Assembly: GCA_963668175.1 (NCBI GenBank)
Contig: OY764159.1
Coordinates: 1,440,001 to 1,504,000, forward strand
Length of the DNA stretch: 64,000 bases
From: Syntrophales bacterium
GTDB lineage: Bacteria; Desulfobacterota; Syntrophia; Syntrophales; PHBD01
Direction: 5' to 3'
The notes under the pieces were generated by a model. The model did no database searches and had not been told where the DNA came from. It saw only the letters and a program-made list of their open reading frames with translations. The position numbers and the translations under genes were made by a program. Positions 22,433 through 33,163 of this stretch are shown here, one piece after another. Position 1 is the stretch's first letter. The number at the start of each line of letters is the position of its first letter.

Positions 22433-23881
22433 ATGTTCGAGAAGAGAAGAATGGCCAAAAGCGCAATATTGGTCGTCGCAGGCGTTGTCATGGGGCTCAT
22501 CATCTCGTCGAATTTTAATCTGTTTACAACCGGGTACACGGAAGAGGCGAAGATATCGAAAGATGCCGTGGACCTTTTGACCAGGATCAATGAAGCGACG
22601 GCGGAGGTTGCCGGAGCGGTGAAGCCCGCCGTCGTCAACATCGCTTCGACCAAAACGGTCCATATGCGCGGTATGAGCTCCCCGTTCGACGATCCGTTCT
22701 TCCGGCAGTTCTTCGGCGACCAGTTCCGCCAACACAATCAGCCGAGGGACTATAAACAGTCGGGAATGGGGTCGGGCGTGATCGTCGAGAAAAACGGTTA
22801 CATCCTCACGAACAATCATGTGATTAAGGACGCCGACGACATCAAGGTGAGATTGTCCGACAAGCGGGTCTTCAAGGGCAAGATCGTCGGGGCGGACCCC
22901 AAGACGGATCTGGCGGTCATCAAGATCGACGCCGGCAATCTGCCGGTCGTGAAACTGGGCGATTCGGATAAGCTGCGGGTCGGCGACCGTGTGATTGCCA
23001 TAGGAAACCCTTTCGGTCTGAACCAGACGGTAACGACGGGGATCATCAGCGCCAAGGGCCGGGCCGACGTCGGCATCGCCGATTATGAAGACTTTATCCA
23101 GACGGATGCCGCCATCAATCCGGGCAATTCGGGAGGGGCGCTCGTCAATGTCAAGGGAGAACTGATCGGGATCAACACGGCCATCCTTAGTTCTACGGGG
23201 GGCAATCAGGGCGTCGGTTTTGCCATTCCGAGCAATATGGTCAAGACGGTCATGGCCAGCCTGATCAAGAGCGGCAAGGTCGTCAGGGGGTGGCTGGGGG
23301 TCTCCATTCAGCCCATCACGGCCGATCTTGCCAAGCAGCTTGGACTCAAAGAGGAAAGAGGGGCTCTAGTTGCGGATGTCATGGAGGGCAGTCCCGCCGA
23401 GAGGGCCGGGTTGCAGAGAGGGGATGTCGTTACGGAATTCGACGGCAAGGCCGTCGGCGACGCCACGGCCCTGAAGAACATGGTGGCCGCGACCCCGCCG
23501 GGCAAAGACGCGACGGTTAAATTCATCCGGGACGGGGCAGTCAAGACGGTGAAGGCATCCATCCAGGAACTGCCGGTCCAGGCCCAGATCGCCGCCAAGT
23601 ATGAAAATCAGCTGAAGGGCGTGTCCGTCCAGAATCTGACGCCGGAAATCAGGCGGGCGATAGGGATTCCGGGCAAGGTGGCGGGCGTGATCGTGAGCGA
23701 TGTCGACGAGTCGAGTCCAGTGGCGGGTGTCCTGGCCCAGGGCGACGTCATCATGGAGATCAACAAGAAAAAGATCAGCAATGTCAAGGATTACGAGACA
23801 ACCGTCGCGAGGATCAAGGCGGGCCAGAATATCCTGGTCCTGGTTTACAGAAACGGATCGACAACTTACATAACCCTGTAG
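22433..23881 (+). CDS. degP: DegP/DegQ (Do) serine protease with two PDZ domains
   Basis: TNNHV, TDLAVIK, GNSGG triad motifs; two PDZ domains. Confidence 0.95.
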   Translation: MFEKRRMAKSAILVVAGVVMGLIISSNFNLFTTGYTEEAKISKDAVDLLTRINEATAEVAGAVKPAVVNIASTKTVHMRGMSSPFDDPFFRQFFGDQFRQHNQPRDYKQSGMGSGVIVEKNGYILTNNHVIKDADDIKVRLSDKRVFKGKIVGADPKTDLAVIKIDAGNLPVVKLGDSDKLRVGDRVIAIGNPFGLNQTVTTGIISAKGRADVGIADYEDFIQTDAAINPGNSGGALVNVKGELIGINTAILSSTGGNQGVGFAIPSNMVKTVMASLIKSGKVVRGWLGVSIQPITADLAKQLGLKEERGALVADVMEGSPAERAGLQRGDVVTEFDGKAVGDATALKNMVAATPPGKDATVKFIRDGAVKTVKASIQELPVQAQIAAKYENQLKGVSVQNLTPEIRRAIGIPGKVAGVIVSDVDESSPVAGVLAQGDVIMEINKKKISNVKDYETTVARIKAGQNILVLVYRNGSTTYITL

Positions 23882-24041
23882 CATACCGCGTCGGCGGCCG
23901 TGAAATAATGCGGGCCGCCGACGTATCGATTTTTCTCCCCTCCATTTGCATTCTTCATTTCATCCTGCGGTCGCCCCCTGGGCGGTCTACGGAGGCACAA
24001 GGATAAGCCCCTTTCGCGTCAGCCGTCCTTGCATCTTGTTG

Positions 24042-24070
24042 TTGACTCGCGCGGATCTTCTTCCTATACT
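24042..24070 (+). promoter_or_regulatory. sigma70 promoter of PAS-LuxR gene
   Basis: TTGACT-17 nt-TATACT. Confidence 0.7.
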
Positions 24071-24156
24071 GCACATACAACAATCATCGTCGGATAGGTG
24101 GGGCGGGAAATGCCCGCCTTCGAAGGGGAGAACATTACGTTCGGGGGGGTGATGAT

Positions 24157-25494
24157 ATGTCTTCCAGAAATGGCACCAAGGCACTCGAGGAACGGGTCCG
24201 GGAACTGGAAAAGGAGTCGGAGAAGCACGAGCAGGGCGAGGTGGCCCTCCGGCAGAGTGAGCAGCTTTTCCGGACTCTGTTTGAGAAATCCTTTGCCGGC
24301 ATATACGTCGTTCAGGGGGGGGTGTTCCGCTACGTCAATGCCAACGCGGCATCCTATGCCGGTCTGACGATGGAAGAACTTACGGGCATGCGTGCCGACA
24401 GCATCGTCCATCCCGACGACAGGCTCGCCGTCAAGAAAAGCGCCCGGGCCATCCTTCAGGGCGCCACATCGTCGCCGCACGAATTCCGGATCATCACCAA
24501 GGACGGTCGCATCCGCTGGATACTGGAAACGGTGTCGGCGATCTATTACGAAGGCAGCCCCGCGATTCTGGGCAATTCCATGGATATCACCGATTCGCGG
24601 CGGATCCAGGAAGCCCTCCGGGAATCGGAGAGGCGCCTGGCCGACATCATCGAATTCCTCCCGGACGCAACCTTCGCCATCGACCAAAGCAGCGTCGTCA
24701 TCGCCTGGAATCGGGCCATGGAAGACATGTCCGGGCTCCCGGCGTCGCAGATTATGGGCAAGGGCGACTACGAGTACGCGCTTCCCTTTTACGGCATGCG
24801 GCGCCCCATCCTGATCGATCTCGTCCTCAGGCCCGACGCGGCCATCGAGAACGAATACTTGATTCTAAAGAAGGAAAAAGATCTCCTCATCATCGAAACG
24901 GATGGCACCCGGGTGAAGGGCCGCAAAGCTTACCTGTGGGCGAAAGCCAGTCCCCTGTATGACAGCAAGGGGGCCGTCGTGGGGGCGATCGAGACGATCA
25001 GGGATATCACGGACCGAAAACTGGCGGAAGCGGCGGTCGAAAAGAGAGGCCGTGAGCTGGAGCGGAAGACCCATGAGCTTGAGGAACTGAACGCCGCTCT
25101 GCGTGTCCTTCTCAAATGCCGGGAAGAGGACAAGAACGAACTTGAGGAACGGATGCTCCTCAATATCGAAAAGCTCGTCCTGCCCTATCTGGAGAAGCTG
25201 AAGAAGGGCCGGCTGGCCGCGAACGATGCGGTCCATCTCAAGATCCTCGAATCCAATCTGAGGGATATCGTTTCGCCCTTTACACGCAAGCTGTCGACGA
25301 AGTTCCAGAGCTTCACATCGAAGGAACTGCAGCTCGCGAACTTCATCAAGGAAGGATTAACCAGCAAGGAGATCGCCGAACTCCTCAATATTTCGCCCAA
25401 TGCCGTCAACATCTACCGTCATCGGATCAGGAAGAAGATAGGCCTGAACGACAACAAGCATAACCTCGAAGCCTATCTCTCCGGCCTCTCTTAA
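24157..25494 (+). CDS. PAS-PAS-LuxR transcriptional regulator
   Basis: Two PAS domains; LuxR HTH (IKEGLTSKEIAELLNIS...IRKK). Confidence 0.9.
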   Translation: MSSRNGTKALEERVRELEKESEKHEQGEVALRQSEQLFRTLFEKSFAGIYVVQGGVFRYVNANAASYAGLTMEELTGMRADSIVHPDDRLAVKKSARAILQGATSSPHEFRIITKDGRIRWILETVSAIYYEGSPAILGNSMDITDSRRIQEALRESERRLADIIEFLPDATFAIDQSSVVIAWNRAMEDMSGLPASQIMGKGDYEYALPFYGMRRPILIDLVLRPDAAIENEYLILKKEKDLLIIETDGTRVKGRKAYLWAKASPLYDSKGAVVGAIETIRDITDRKLAEAAVEKRGRELERKTHELEELNAALRVLLKCREEDKNELEERMLLNIEKLVLPYLEKLKKGRLAANDAVHLKILESNLRDIVSPFTRKLSTKFQSFTSKELQLANFIKEGLTSKEIAELLNISPNAVNIYRHRIRKKIGLNDNKHNLEAYLSGLS

Positions 25495-25534
25495 AATTTC
25501 ACAAAATGAAATTTTCAGTAAATATTATTTGATA

Positions 25535-25562
25535 TTGATATATCCCGCCAATAGCTTACAAT
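25535..25562 (+). promoter_or_regulatory. sigma70 promoter with no downstream ORF
   Basis: TTGATA-16 nt-TACAAT, preceded by a 9-5-9 inverted repeat at 25493-25515. Confidence 0.55.
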
Positions 25563-25568
25563 TCCACC

Positions 25569-25693
25569 ATCGACATGATGTAAATCGTTCTTCTACAAGA
25601 CCTTGCGAAGTTCAAAAGATCGTCCACTGGAGAGGTAGGGTCAGTCGCCTCCCTCCTCTTAGCAAGGGGCTGAATCCGCGTTCAGCCCCTTCC
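25569..25693 (+). ncRNA. Candidate small RNA (~125 nt)
   Basis: Promoter upstream, no credible ORF, two 3' hairpins (25631-25659; 25664-25691). Confidence 0.35.
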
Positions 25694-25781
25694 TTAAAAA
25701 ATAATCAACGGATTCTTCGTGTTGTCGTGTTGTCGCAGGGGACCGGGCCTAACGCCACCCGGTCCCACTCCTTTTTTTCCA

Positions 25782-26381
25782 TTACGTCCAGAAGTCGATC
25801 CTGTTCAAAATCCGGTTGCGGTTTTCGACGGACTGCCGGACGATCAGTCTTTCCCTGTCGGCAATCCCGGGGCTTTTCGCCTTGGGGATTTTTCGTACCT
25901 GAACCGAATAATCCACGGACGAGAAACGGATAACCCTTCCCTGATCGCCCCCCATGTCGCCGGCGACGATCGGTATGCCTCTTTCCCTCAGGAATTCCGA
26001 GATAAAACGGCGATTTCCGTCGCCTACGGTCGATAAGATATCCGTCTCGGTTGACGTATTGAAGAAGGAGCTGCCGCCGAAGACCTTGGCCCTGAGGTTG
26101 AACCGTTCCGCACCCAGTCTGATCATGCCGTCGATCACCAGTTCCATGGCCGAGTTGCCGTACCGGCCGGCTTCGGCGGCGGGGACGGGAGGGCCTTGCG
26201 GATAAGCGTTGGCGCTGAGGAGGAAATGGTTCATGCCGACGACGCGCTTCACCGGATCGTACAGACACGCAGAGATGCACGAGCCGAGCAGCGTCGATAT
26301 GATCACGCGGTCCCGTGAGCAATGGTATTCCCCGGGTTGGATAGTGACATGCATGGTTCTCTGCGCATCATGGCTGGTCAT
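25782..26381 (-). CDS. cheD: Chemoreceptor glutamine deamidase CheD
   Basis: PGEY, TLLGSC, GMNHFLL, AKVFGG. Confidence 0.93.
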   Translation of the reverse strand: MTSHDAQRTMHVTIQPGEYHCSRDRVIISTLLGSCISACLYDPVKRVVGMNHFLLSANAYPQGPPVPAAEAGRYGNSAMELVIDGMIRLGAERFNLRAKVFGGSSFFNTSTETDILSTVGDGNRRFISEFLRERGIPIVAGDMGGDQGRVIRFSSVDYSVQVRKIPKAKSPGIADRERLIVRQSVENRNRILNRIDFWT

Positions 26382-26471
26382 GTTTAATCTTCCGGCGGAT
26401 GGAGCCCGGCCGGCGGCGCAGGCCGCCCCCGCCCGGGCGCGCAATGAAACCGATCCTGTATTACGGCAGGG

Positions 26472-27722
26472 TCATTCGTAAATCTTTTCGCCTTCGGCTT
26501 CCGCTTCGGCGGCGTCCAGTTCGACGTCGCGGGTTATGCCCCTGGCCTTCTGCATAAGGTATTCCCGGTACCATTCGTGGGCGGTGATCATGGACATGAC
26601 CTCGCTCGTTCCGGTCCAGATGGACGCAAGCCGGACGTCCCGATGGATTCGTTCAATGGGGAAGATGTTGGTGTAGCCGATTCCGCCGACGACCTGCATG
26701 GCGTTGTGGACCACCTTCTGGCAGGATTCGGTGATGAATTTCTTCGATTCGGAGACCATCCGGCGGACCCGGTTCATGTCCGCGCCACGGTCGACCGCGC
26801 AGGCGGTTGCGTGGGCCAGCGCCCGTGCCGCGTCGAGCAGCATGACCGCCTCGGCGATTTGGAAGCTGACCCCTTCGAACTGGGCGATGACCTTGCCGAA
26901 GGCCTTCCGGCGCGACGTGTAAGCCGTAGCGACCTCCAGGGCCGGACGGGCCGCGCCGATCGTCATGGCCGCCGTACCCAGCCTCTCCGGGATCATCATG
27001 GTGTTGAAGACATCGTAGGCCCCGTTCACCCGGCCGATGACGTTCTCCCTGGGGACGCGGACATCCCTGAAGACCAGTCGCGCCGTGCCTCCGCCCCGGC
27101 ATCCCATCAGGCCGTAAAGGTATTTCGTCTCCACGCCTGGACCCCTGTCGACGATGAAGGCCGTTAACGTTTCCTGGGGGTTGGCCTTGGGATCGAAATT
27201 GGTCCGGGCATAGAGCAGGAAGAAATCGGCCCCTTCTCCGCCGACGATGAACCGCTTCTGGCCGTTGATGAGGAAATGGTCGCCCTTGTCTTCCGCCGTG
27301 GTCGTGGCGCCGAAGAAATCGGAGCCGCCCCGCGGCTCGGTCAGACACTCGGCGGCGAAAATCTCCCCGGCCAGGAGCGGTTTGACGTACTTTTCCTTCT
27401 GCGCATCCGTTCCGTGCAGGACGATGGCGTCGCAGACCAGCTCCGCCCCGACGCCGAAGACGCAGGCGAATTCGTAACCCAGGGTCCCGATCTCCTCCAT
27501 GAGCATGCAGGTCGTCACCCAGTCCATCTCCCGGCCGCCCCACCGCTTCGGATAGCGACAGCCCATAAGGTTTCGCCGGGCGGCCTCCCGGAGAAATTCC
27601 TTGGGAAACTTGATCTTGTCCTCGTCCATGTCCAGTATCATCCGGCGGGGAACCCATTTCACGAGGTCGCGGGCCTCGTCCCGTATCGCAAGCTGCTCCT
27701 TCGTTAGCATGTAGTCGAACAT
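26472..27722 (-). CDS. Acyl-CoA dehydrogenase
   Basis: LTEPRGGSD, INGQKRFI, RKAFG, QVVGGIGY. Confidence 0.95.
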   Translation of the reverse strand: MFDYMLTKEQLAIRDEARDLVKWVPRRMILDMDEDKIKFPKEFLREAARRNLMGCRYPKRWGGREMDWVTTCMLMEEIGTLGYEFACVFGVGAELVCDAIVLHGTDAQKEKYVKPLLAGEIFAAECLTEPRGGSDFFGATTTAEDKGDHFLINGQKRFIVGGEGADFFLLYARTNFDPKANPQETLTAFIVDRGPGVETKYLYGLMGCRGGGTARLVFRDVRVPRENVIGRVNGAYDVFNTMMIPERLGTAAMTIGAARPALEVATAYTSRRKAFGKVIAQFEGVSFQIAEAVMLLDAARALAHATACAVDRGADMNRVRRMVSESKKFITESCQKVVHNAMQVVGGIGYTNIFPIERIHRDVRLASIWTGTSEVMSMITAHEWYREYLMQKARGITRDVELDAAEAEAEGEKIYE

Positions 27723-27776
27723 CGTCGTCTCCTCGGCCTCGTCCTGATCGCGGACGTTATTTTATATCGGTCGGAA

Positions 27777-28094
27777 TCATTTTATGAAGAAAAGTTCCGA
27801 ACATCTCCTGTAGTCCTCTTTTCTCATATTTTCGATGAACTGCAACTGCTTTTCCGGCAGGGTGTACGATCCGTCCGCCTGTTTCTCGCCGTTCTGTTCA
27901 AGATACGTTTGATAACGGTATTTGGCCTCGGCGAAACAATCATCCCTCTGTTTGAGTATGGCGCGGTGCCGCACCGCCCCTTCGCTCGTGTAGTATGTCC
28001 AGGCGGCCCAGAATATCAGGATCGCCAGGACGACAATCGTCCCCGCCAGCTCAATGAAAATCCTCATCCGCCTGCTCATGCGTTTCTTCGGCAT
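27777..28094 (-). CDS. Hypothetical single-TM protein
   Basis: RBS AAGGGA; N-terminal TM helix; fills the intergenic gap. Confidence 0.65.
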   Translation of the reverse strand: MPKKRMSRRMRIFIELAGTIVVLAILIFWAAWTYYTSEGAVRHRAILKQRDDCFAEAKYRYQTYLEQNGEKQADGSYTLPEKQLQFIENMRKEDYRRCSELFFIK

Positions 28095-28264
28095 CGAAAT
28101 TCCCTTATGCCGCCTGTTCCCGCGGCAATCCCGTACGGAAATGTTTTGCTATTGTCACTAATTCAACATATACCATAAAAAAACGATAAACGACAAACAA
28201 CTCCTTGATCAAAGCCCCCGAGGCGAAGCAATTCCGGCCGTGGTCCGGGGAGAAGGAAGGCAAA

Positions 28265-29167
28265 ATGATTCGGGGCAGGCCCGTCAAAAAAGGACTATGT
28301 GTTTTATTCCTGATTGTTCTTACGGCGTTCGCGGCAGCCCGGCCGCTTCCCGCCCAGGAGTCCTCCGAATGCCGGAAGATCAGCCTGTGGAAAGTCTCCT
28401 CCGGACGGAATGCCGTTTATCTCCTGGGCTCCATCCATTTCCTGAAAAAAGAGAACTATCCGCTCCCTACCGCGATGGAGAAAGCCTTTGCGGATGCCTC
28501 CGCCGTCGTTTTCGAACTGGACCTGGACGAGGCCGGAGGTGCGAACGACCTCCTCGCCCGGGGCATGTACCCCCCCGGCCGGACTTTGAAAGAAGCTGTC
28601 GGGAAGAATACCTATGAGCGCCTCCGGCAGAAAGCCGCCGAATTGGGCGCAGACATCAGAACACTTCAGAATTTCAGGCCCTGGTTCGTCACCTTCACCC
28701 TTCTTTCCCTGAAACTGCATGCGCTGGGCTTCAATCCCGCCTACGGCATCGACCGATACTTCCAGACCAGGGCGAAGAAAACGAACAAGGAAATCCTGGC
28801 CCTCGAAACGACCGGCGAACAGGTAGACGTTTTTGCCGGCCTTACGGACCGCGACCAGGAGGCCCTTATCCTGCAGACTATCGAAGACATGGACACGATG
28901 GACGAGGAACTCGGGCGGCTGGTCGCGGCCTGGCGCTGCGGCGACGGAGCGGCCCTGGCGGGGATGATGTTCAAAAGCTACGCGGAATTTCCGGTGCTCT
29001 ACGACCGGATCATTATCAGGAGGAACCAGAAGTGGATGGCCGCCATCGACGGCTATCTGCGGCAGGGGAGGAATTTCCTCGTGGTCGTCGGGGCGGGCCA
29101 CCTGGTCGGCGACGACGGCCTCGTCGGGATGCTCAGGAAAAAAGGCTACAGGGTCGAGCAGCTATGA
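28265..29167 (+). CDS. TraB/GumN family protein
   Basis: YLLGSIH, LET..EQ, RN..W, VGAGHL; signal peptide. Confidence 0.92.
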   Translation: MIRGRPVKKGLCVLFLIVLTAFAAARPLPAQESSECRKISLWKVSSGRNAVYLLGSIHFLKKENYPLPTAMEKAFADASAVVFELDLDEAGGANDLLARGMYPPGRTLKEAVGKNTYERLRQKAAELGADIRTLQNFRPWFVTFTLLSLKLHALGFNPAYGIDRYFQTRAKKTNKEILALETTGEQVDVFAGLTDRDQEALILQTIEDMDTMDEELGRLVAAWRCGDGAALAGMMFKSYAEFPVLYDRIIIRRNQKWMAAIDGYLRQGRNFLVVVGAGHLVGDDGLVGMLRKKGYRVEQL

Positions 29168-31789
29168 GGGTTTCTTTTTCCCCAGCCGTTCCTTCCAGAC
29201 GTTGATCCGGTTCATCGCCTCCAGGGGCGAGAGGGTCATGATATCGAGATCCGCGATCTCCTCCAGAATGTCATCGTCCTCGTTCCGGAACAGGCTGAGC
29301 TGGTCCTTGTTCCTGTTCGGCGTATCCTTCTTGCCCTTGGCGATTTTCGGCAGCCCCACGGCGTCCAGTTCGCCTTTTTCGAGATTGGCAAGGACTTCTT
29401 TCGCCCGGACGATGACATCGTCGGGGACTCCGGCGATGCGGGCCACCTGGATGCCGTAACTGCGGTTTGTTCCCCCCTCCATGATCTTCCGGAGGAAGAT
29501 AATCCGGTCCCCCCACTCCTTCACGGCTATGTTGTAGTTCTTCACCCCGTCCTTGGTCAGGGCCAGTTCCATGAGCTGGTGGTAATGCGTGGCAAAAAGC
29601 GTGCGCGACCCCAGGCCTGCCGCGTCGTGGATGTATTCGGCCACTGCCCAGGCGATGCTCAGGCCGTCGAAGGTGCTGGTGCCCCGGCCCACTTCGTCCA
29701 GGATGATGAGGCTCCGCGGTGTGGCGTGAATCAGGATGTTCGCCACTTCGTTCATCTCCACCATGAATGTGCTCTGTCCCCGGGAAAGGTTGTCTGCGGC
29801 GCCGATCCGGGTGAAGATGCGGTCCACGATGCCGATGTGCGCCTCGGCCGCCGGGACGAAGCTCCCCATCTGGGCCATGAGGACGATCAGGGCGACCTGG
29901 CGGATGAACGTCGACTTCCCCGCCATGTTGGGACCCGTGATGATGAGGAAACGGTTGCGGTCCATGTCCATGACGACGTCGTTGGGGACGAAGCCGTCCG
30001 TCAGGTTCATCTTTTCCACGACGGGATGCCGGCCGTCCCGGATGTCGATCCGGTCCCCGTCGTCGACGGCGGGACGGACGTAATGGTTCTTTTCGGCTAC
30101 CTCCGCAAGCGACGCCAGGGCGTCCAGTTCGGCGATCCGGGAAGCCGTTATCTGCAGGCGCCTGATTTCGGCGGCGACGGCATTGCGGATTTCTAGAAAC
30201 AGTTCATACTCCCGCTCCTGCCTCCGGTCCTCGGCATGGAGCACCGTCTGCTCGTAGCCTTTCAGCTCTTCGTTGATGTACCGCTCCGCGTTGACGAGGG
30301 TCTGTTTGCGGACGTAATCGCCGGGAATGGCTTCCGTGCGGGCTTTCGATATCTCGATGTAGTAGCCGAAGACGCTGTTGTAGCCCACCTTGAGGGAGTT
30401 GATGCCCGTCCGCTTCCGCTCCTTTTCTTCCAGGGCGGCAATCCATTTCCTGCCGTCCCGGGTCACGGCGACGATCTCGTCGAGCTTCGCGTCGAAACCC
30501 TCCCGGATCATGCCCCCTTCGCGGATCGTCAGCGGCGGATCGTCCGCAATGGACCGCTCGATGAGGGACTTGACGTCGGGCATCTCGTCTATCTCTTGCT
30601 TTATATTGACAATAGCCGGGGCCGTCAATTCGGCAGTCAGCCTCTTGATTTCCGGGAGCGCTCTCAGGGAGTTGCCGAGGGCCGTGAGGTCCCTCGCATT
30701 GGCGACGCCCATGGCGATCCGGGCGCCCAGCCGCTCCATGTCGTAGACGCTGCCCAGGACCTTCCTGATCCCTTCCCGGACGAGATGATGCTCCTTGATG
30801 TCGCCGACCGCCCCGAGCCGCTCCGCGATCCGTTCGGGAGAGACGAGGGGGTAGCTGAGCCAGTTGCGAAGTTTCCTGCCGCCCATGGCCGTGACGGTTT
30901 CGTCGATGACCTGGAACAGCGACCCCTTCTTGCTTCGTCCGGCAATGGTCGAAAAGAGCTCCAGATTGGCCTTCGCGATTTCATCGACGATCAGGAAGTG
31001 GTCGGTTTCGTACCGCTCGATTCCGGTAATGTGGCCGAGATGCTCCTTCTGGGTTTCGACGGCGTACCGCAGCGCGGCCCCTGCCGCGGCCGCCGCTGCC
31101 GGGCGGCTGTCAAGCCCCGCGGCCTTCAGGGTGTCCGCGCCGAAGAATTCCGTCAAGACCGCCGCGGCATCGTCCCTCCGGAAGTAGTCCGACGTCAGGC
31201 GGTTGACCGTGCCTGCGGCATCGCTTCCGGAAAAGAGCGCCAGAAGGTCCCGGTCTTTGAGGTCCTCTGGAATCAGGACCTCGCGCAGATGATAACCCGC
31301 GGCTTCGGCAAGGAAATTGGCCTTGTCCCTCGATTCGGTCACGCGGAACTCCCCGGTGGAGATGTCCAGGCAGGCGAGACCGAGGGTTTCGCCGTCGGCG
31401 GCGACGGCCCCGAGGAAGTTGTTTTCCTTCGCGTCGAGGTTGTCCGGATCGACGACCAGCCCCGGCGTGACGACGCGGACGACTTCGCGCCTGACGACGC
31501 CCTTGGCCAGTTTCGGGTCTTCCACCTGCTCGCAGATCGCGACCTTGAAGCCCTTGTCGATCAGCTTCGCGATGTAGGCCGAGGCGGCATGATAGGGAAC
31601 GCCGCATAGGGGGATGGCGCCTTCCTTGTTCTTGTTTCTCGATGTCAGGGTGATTTCCAGGGCCTGCGAGGCGATGACGGCATCCTCGAAAAACATCTCG
31701 TAAAAGTCGCCCATCCGGAAGAAAAGAATGCAGTCGCTGTATTGTTCCTTGATGTCCATATACTGACGCATCGCCGGCGTCAGGTCCAC
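29162..31789 (-). CDS. mutS: DNA mismatch repair protein MutS
   Basis: [30 protein letters not shown] start after AAAGGGA. Confidence 0.98.
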   Translation of the reverse strand: MDLTPAMRQYMDIKEQYSDCILFFRMGDFYEMFFEDAVIASQALEITLTSRNKNKEGAIPLCGVPYHAASAYIAKLIDKGFKVAICEQVEDPKLAKGVVRREVVRVVTPGLVVDPDNLDAKENNFLGAVAADGETLGLACLDISTGEFRVTESRDKANFLAEAAGYHLREVLIPEDLKDRDLLALFSGSDAAGTVNRLTSDYFRRDDAAAVLTEFFGADTLKAAGLDSRPAAAAAAGAALRYAVETQKEHLGHITGIERYETDHFLIVDEIAKANLELFSTIAGRSKKGSLFQVIDETVTAMGGRKLRNWLSYPLVSPERIAERLGAVGDIKEHHLVREGIRKVLGSVYDMERLGARIAMGVANARDLTALGNSLRALPEIKRLTAELTAPAIVNIKQEIDEMPDVKSLIERSIADDPPLTIREGGMIREGFDAKLDEIVAVTRDGRKWIAALEEKERKRTGINSLKVGYNSVFGYYIEISKARTEAIPGDYVRKQTLVNAERYINEELKGYEQTVLHAEDRRQEREYELFLEIRNAVAAEIRRLQITASRIAELDALASLAEVAEKNHYVRPAVDDGDRIDIRDGRHPVVEKMNLTDGFVPNDVVMDMDRNRFLIITGPNMAGKSTFIRQVALIVLMAQMGSFVPAAEAHIGIVDRIFTRIGAADNLSRGQSTFMVEMNEVANILIHATPRSLIILDEVGRGTSTFDGLSIAWAVAEYIHDAAGLGSRTLFATHYHQLMELALTKDGVKNYNIAVKEWGDRIIFLRKIMEGGTNRSYGIQVARIAGVPDDVIVRAKEVLANLEKGELDAVGLPKIAKGKKDTPNRNKDQLSLFRNEDDDILEEIADLDIMTLSPLEAMNRINVWKERLGKKKPS

Positions 31790-31797
31790 CGTTCCCT

Positions 31798-32190
31798 TTA
31801 TTCCCAACGTCCCCCCCTCTTGGTCATATCGATGTACTCCACGCGGCCCCTGTCGCTGACGAAGGAACTCAAAAGCCAGTTGACGATGCTGATGATCAGG
31901 GACCCGAAGACGGCGGTCCAGAAGCCGTCGATTTCAAAACCGGGGATGAAACCCGAAGCCAGCTTCAGGATGAAGGCGTTGATCAGGAACGTAAACAAAC
32001 CCAACGTCAGGATGTTGAGCGGCAGCGTCAGCAGGATCAGAACGGGACGCAGGACCGCATTCAGGATTCCCAGGACGGAAGCGGCGAAGAACGCCGCCCA
32101 GAAACCGCTTATATGGATGCCTTTCAGCAGGTAGGCGGCAGCGAGGATGGCGGCGGTCAGAATCAACCAGCGGACAATAAGGCCGATCAT
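31798..32190 (-). CDS. 4-TM YvlD / phage-holin-4 family membrane protein
   Basis: [24 protein letters not shown] motif. Confidence 0.88.
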   Translation of the reverse strand: MIGLIVRWLILTAAILAAAYLLKGIHISGFWAAFFAASVLGILNAVLRPVLILLTLPLNILTLGLFTFLINAFILKLASGFIPGFEIDGFWTAVFGSLIISIVNWLLSSFVSDRGRVEYIDMTKRGGRWE

Positions 32191-32258
32191 AGGCGAAACT
32201 CCCTCGGACGGTGATCATCATGAATGACGGGTGACGGCGGCCCGGGGCTCGGGATCGG

Positions 32259-32753
32259 TCAGTCGACTTGTCGAAACTGCTCTTTCTTCGCAGCGCAGAC
32301 GGGACATTCGTCCGGAAGCGTTCCGTCCGAGACGTAGCCGCAAACGAGACAGACGTAGTAGGTCGTCTCCCTCTCCTCCATGAAGTGGGTCATGGCTTCC
32401 TTGTACAGCTTGGCATGAATCTCTTCGACGTCCCGGCTCTGGCTGAAATGAAGGGCGGCAGCCTTGTTGCCGTCCGCCTCGGCCTGCCGGATGAACTGAT
32501 CGTAGGCAACCCCGGCGACCTTGGTTTCCGACTCGAAACTGGCGGCGAGGTTGGCCTCGGTGTTCTTGATCTCCCGCAGGAGTTTCAGCGCCCTGGTGCC
32601 GTGTACTTCTTCGGAGGCGGCGATGACGCGGAACAGTTTGGCAATCTGGGGATAACCTTCCTTATCCGCTTTGTCCGCGTAGACCTTCAGCCTTAAAACC
32701 GCCTTCGCTTCGCCGCTATAGGCCTGATGCAGCAATTCACTCGTCTTGTCCAT
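32259..32753 (-). CDS. Rubrerythrin-family protein (short form)
   Basis: AYSGE, EEVH, EEIH; C-terminal CLVC/CPVC; RBS GGAAGGAG. Confidence 0.9.
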   Translation of the reverse strand: MDKTSELLHQAYSGEAKAVLRLKVYADKADKEGYPQIAKLFRVIAASEEVHGTRALKLLREIKNTEANLAASFESETKVAGVAYDQFIRQAEADGNKAAALHFSQSRDVEEIHAKLYKEAMTHFMEERETTYYVCLVCGYVSDGTLPDECPVCAAKKEQFRQVD

Positions 32754-32828
32754 GGGCCGGCTCCTTCCGTTTAGCAAATGTTTCATTCCTGCGGGCAGAA
32801 TTCCGGGACGGTCGGTTATCGGTGCCGT

Positions 32829-32987
32829 TCATTCCGGGCTGAACTGGTCTTTCCCCGAACCGCAGATCGGGCAGACCCAGTCTTCCGGAAGGTCTTCAAA
32901 GGGAACACCCGCGGGGATTCCGCCGTCCGGATCGCCTACCGCGGGATCGTAAACCCAGCCGCAAATCTCGCATACATATTTTTTCAT
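32829..32987 (-). CDS. Rubredoxin (52 aa; absent from ORF track)
   Basis: Hand translation [61 protein letters not shown]. Confidence 0.97.
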   Translation of the reverse strand: MKKYVCEICGWVYDPAVGDPDGGIPAGVPFEDLPEDWVCPICGSGKDQFSPE

Positions 32988-33163
32988 GTTCGATGACCCT
33001 CCTTTGGGTTGTTACAGGTCGAGTATTTTCTCTGTGAATGATTCAGCCCGGCGCCGTTTGCTGTTCGACGGACGGAGCCGGGCGGCTCGTCGGAATCGTT
33101 CTCACGGCTATCTCTGCGGACGCGGAACAAGACCGGTGTCCTGCCCTCCCATCCCCTTTTTTC

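Noticed and set aside
28265..29167. TraB as a conjugation marker
   Set aside because: TraB/GumN is a Tiki-like metalloprotein family; no transfer genes present
31798..32190. Phage holin suggesting a prophage
   Set aside because: The YvlD-like family is commonly chromosomal; no phage genes nearby
32259..32987. Rubredoxin TGA is in frame with the rubrerythrin via 25 open codons (possible Sec or readthrough fusion)
   Set aside because: The TGA is at the normal rubredoxin end, not a Cys position; rubrerythrin has its own strong RBS; no convincing SECIS
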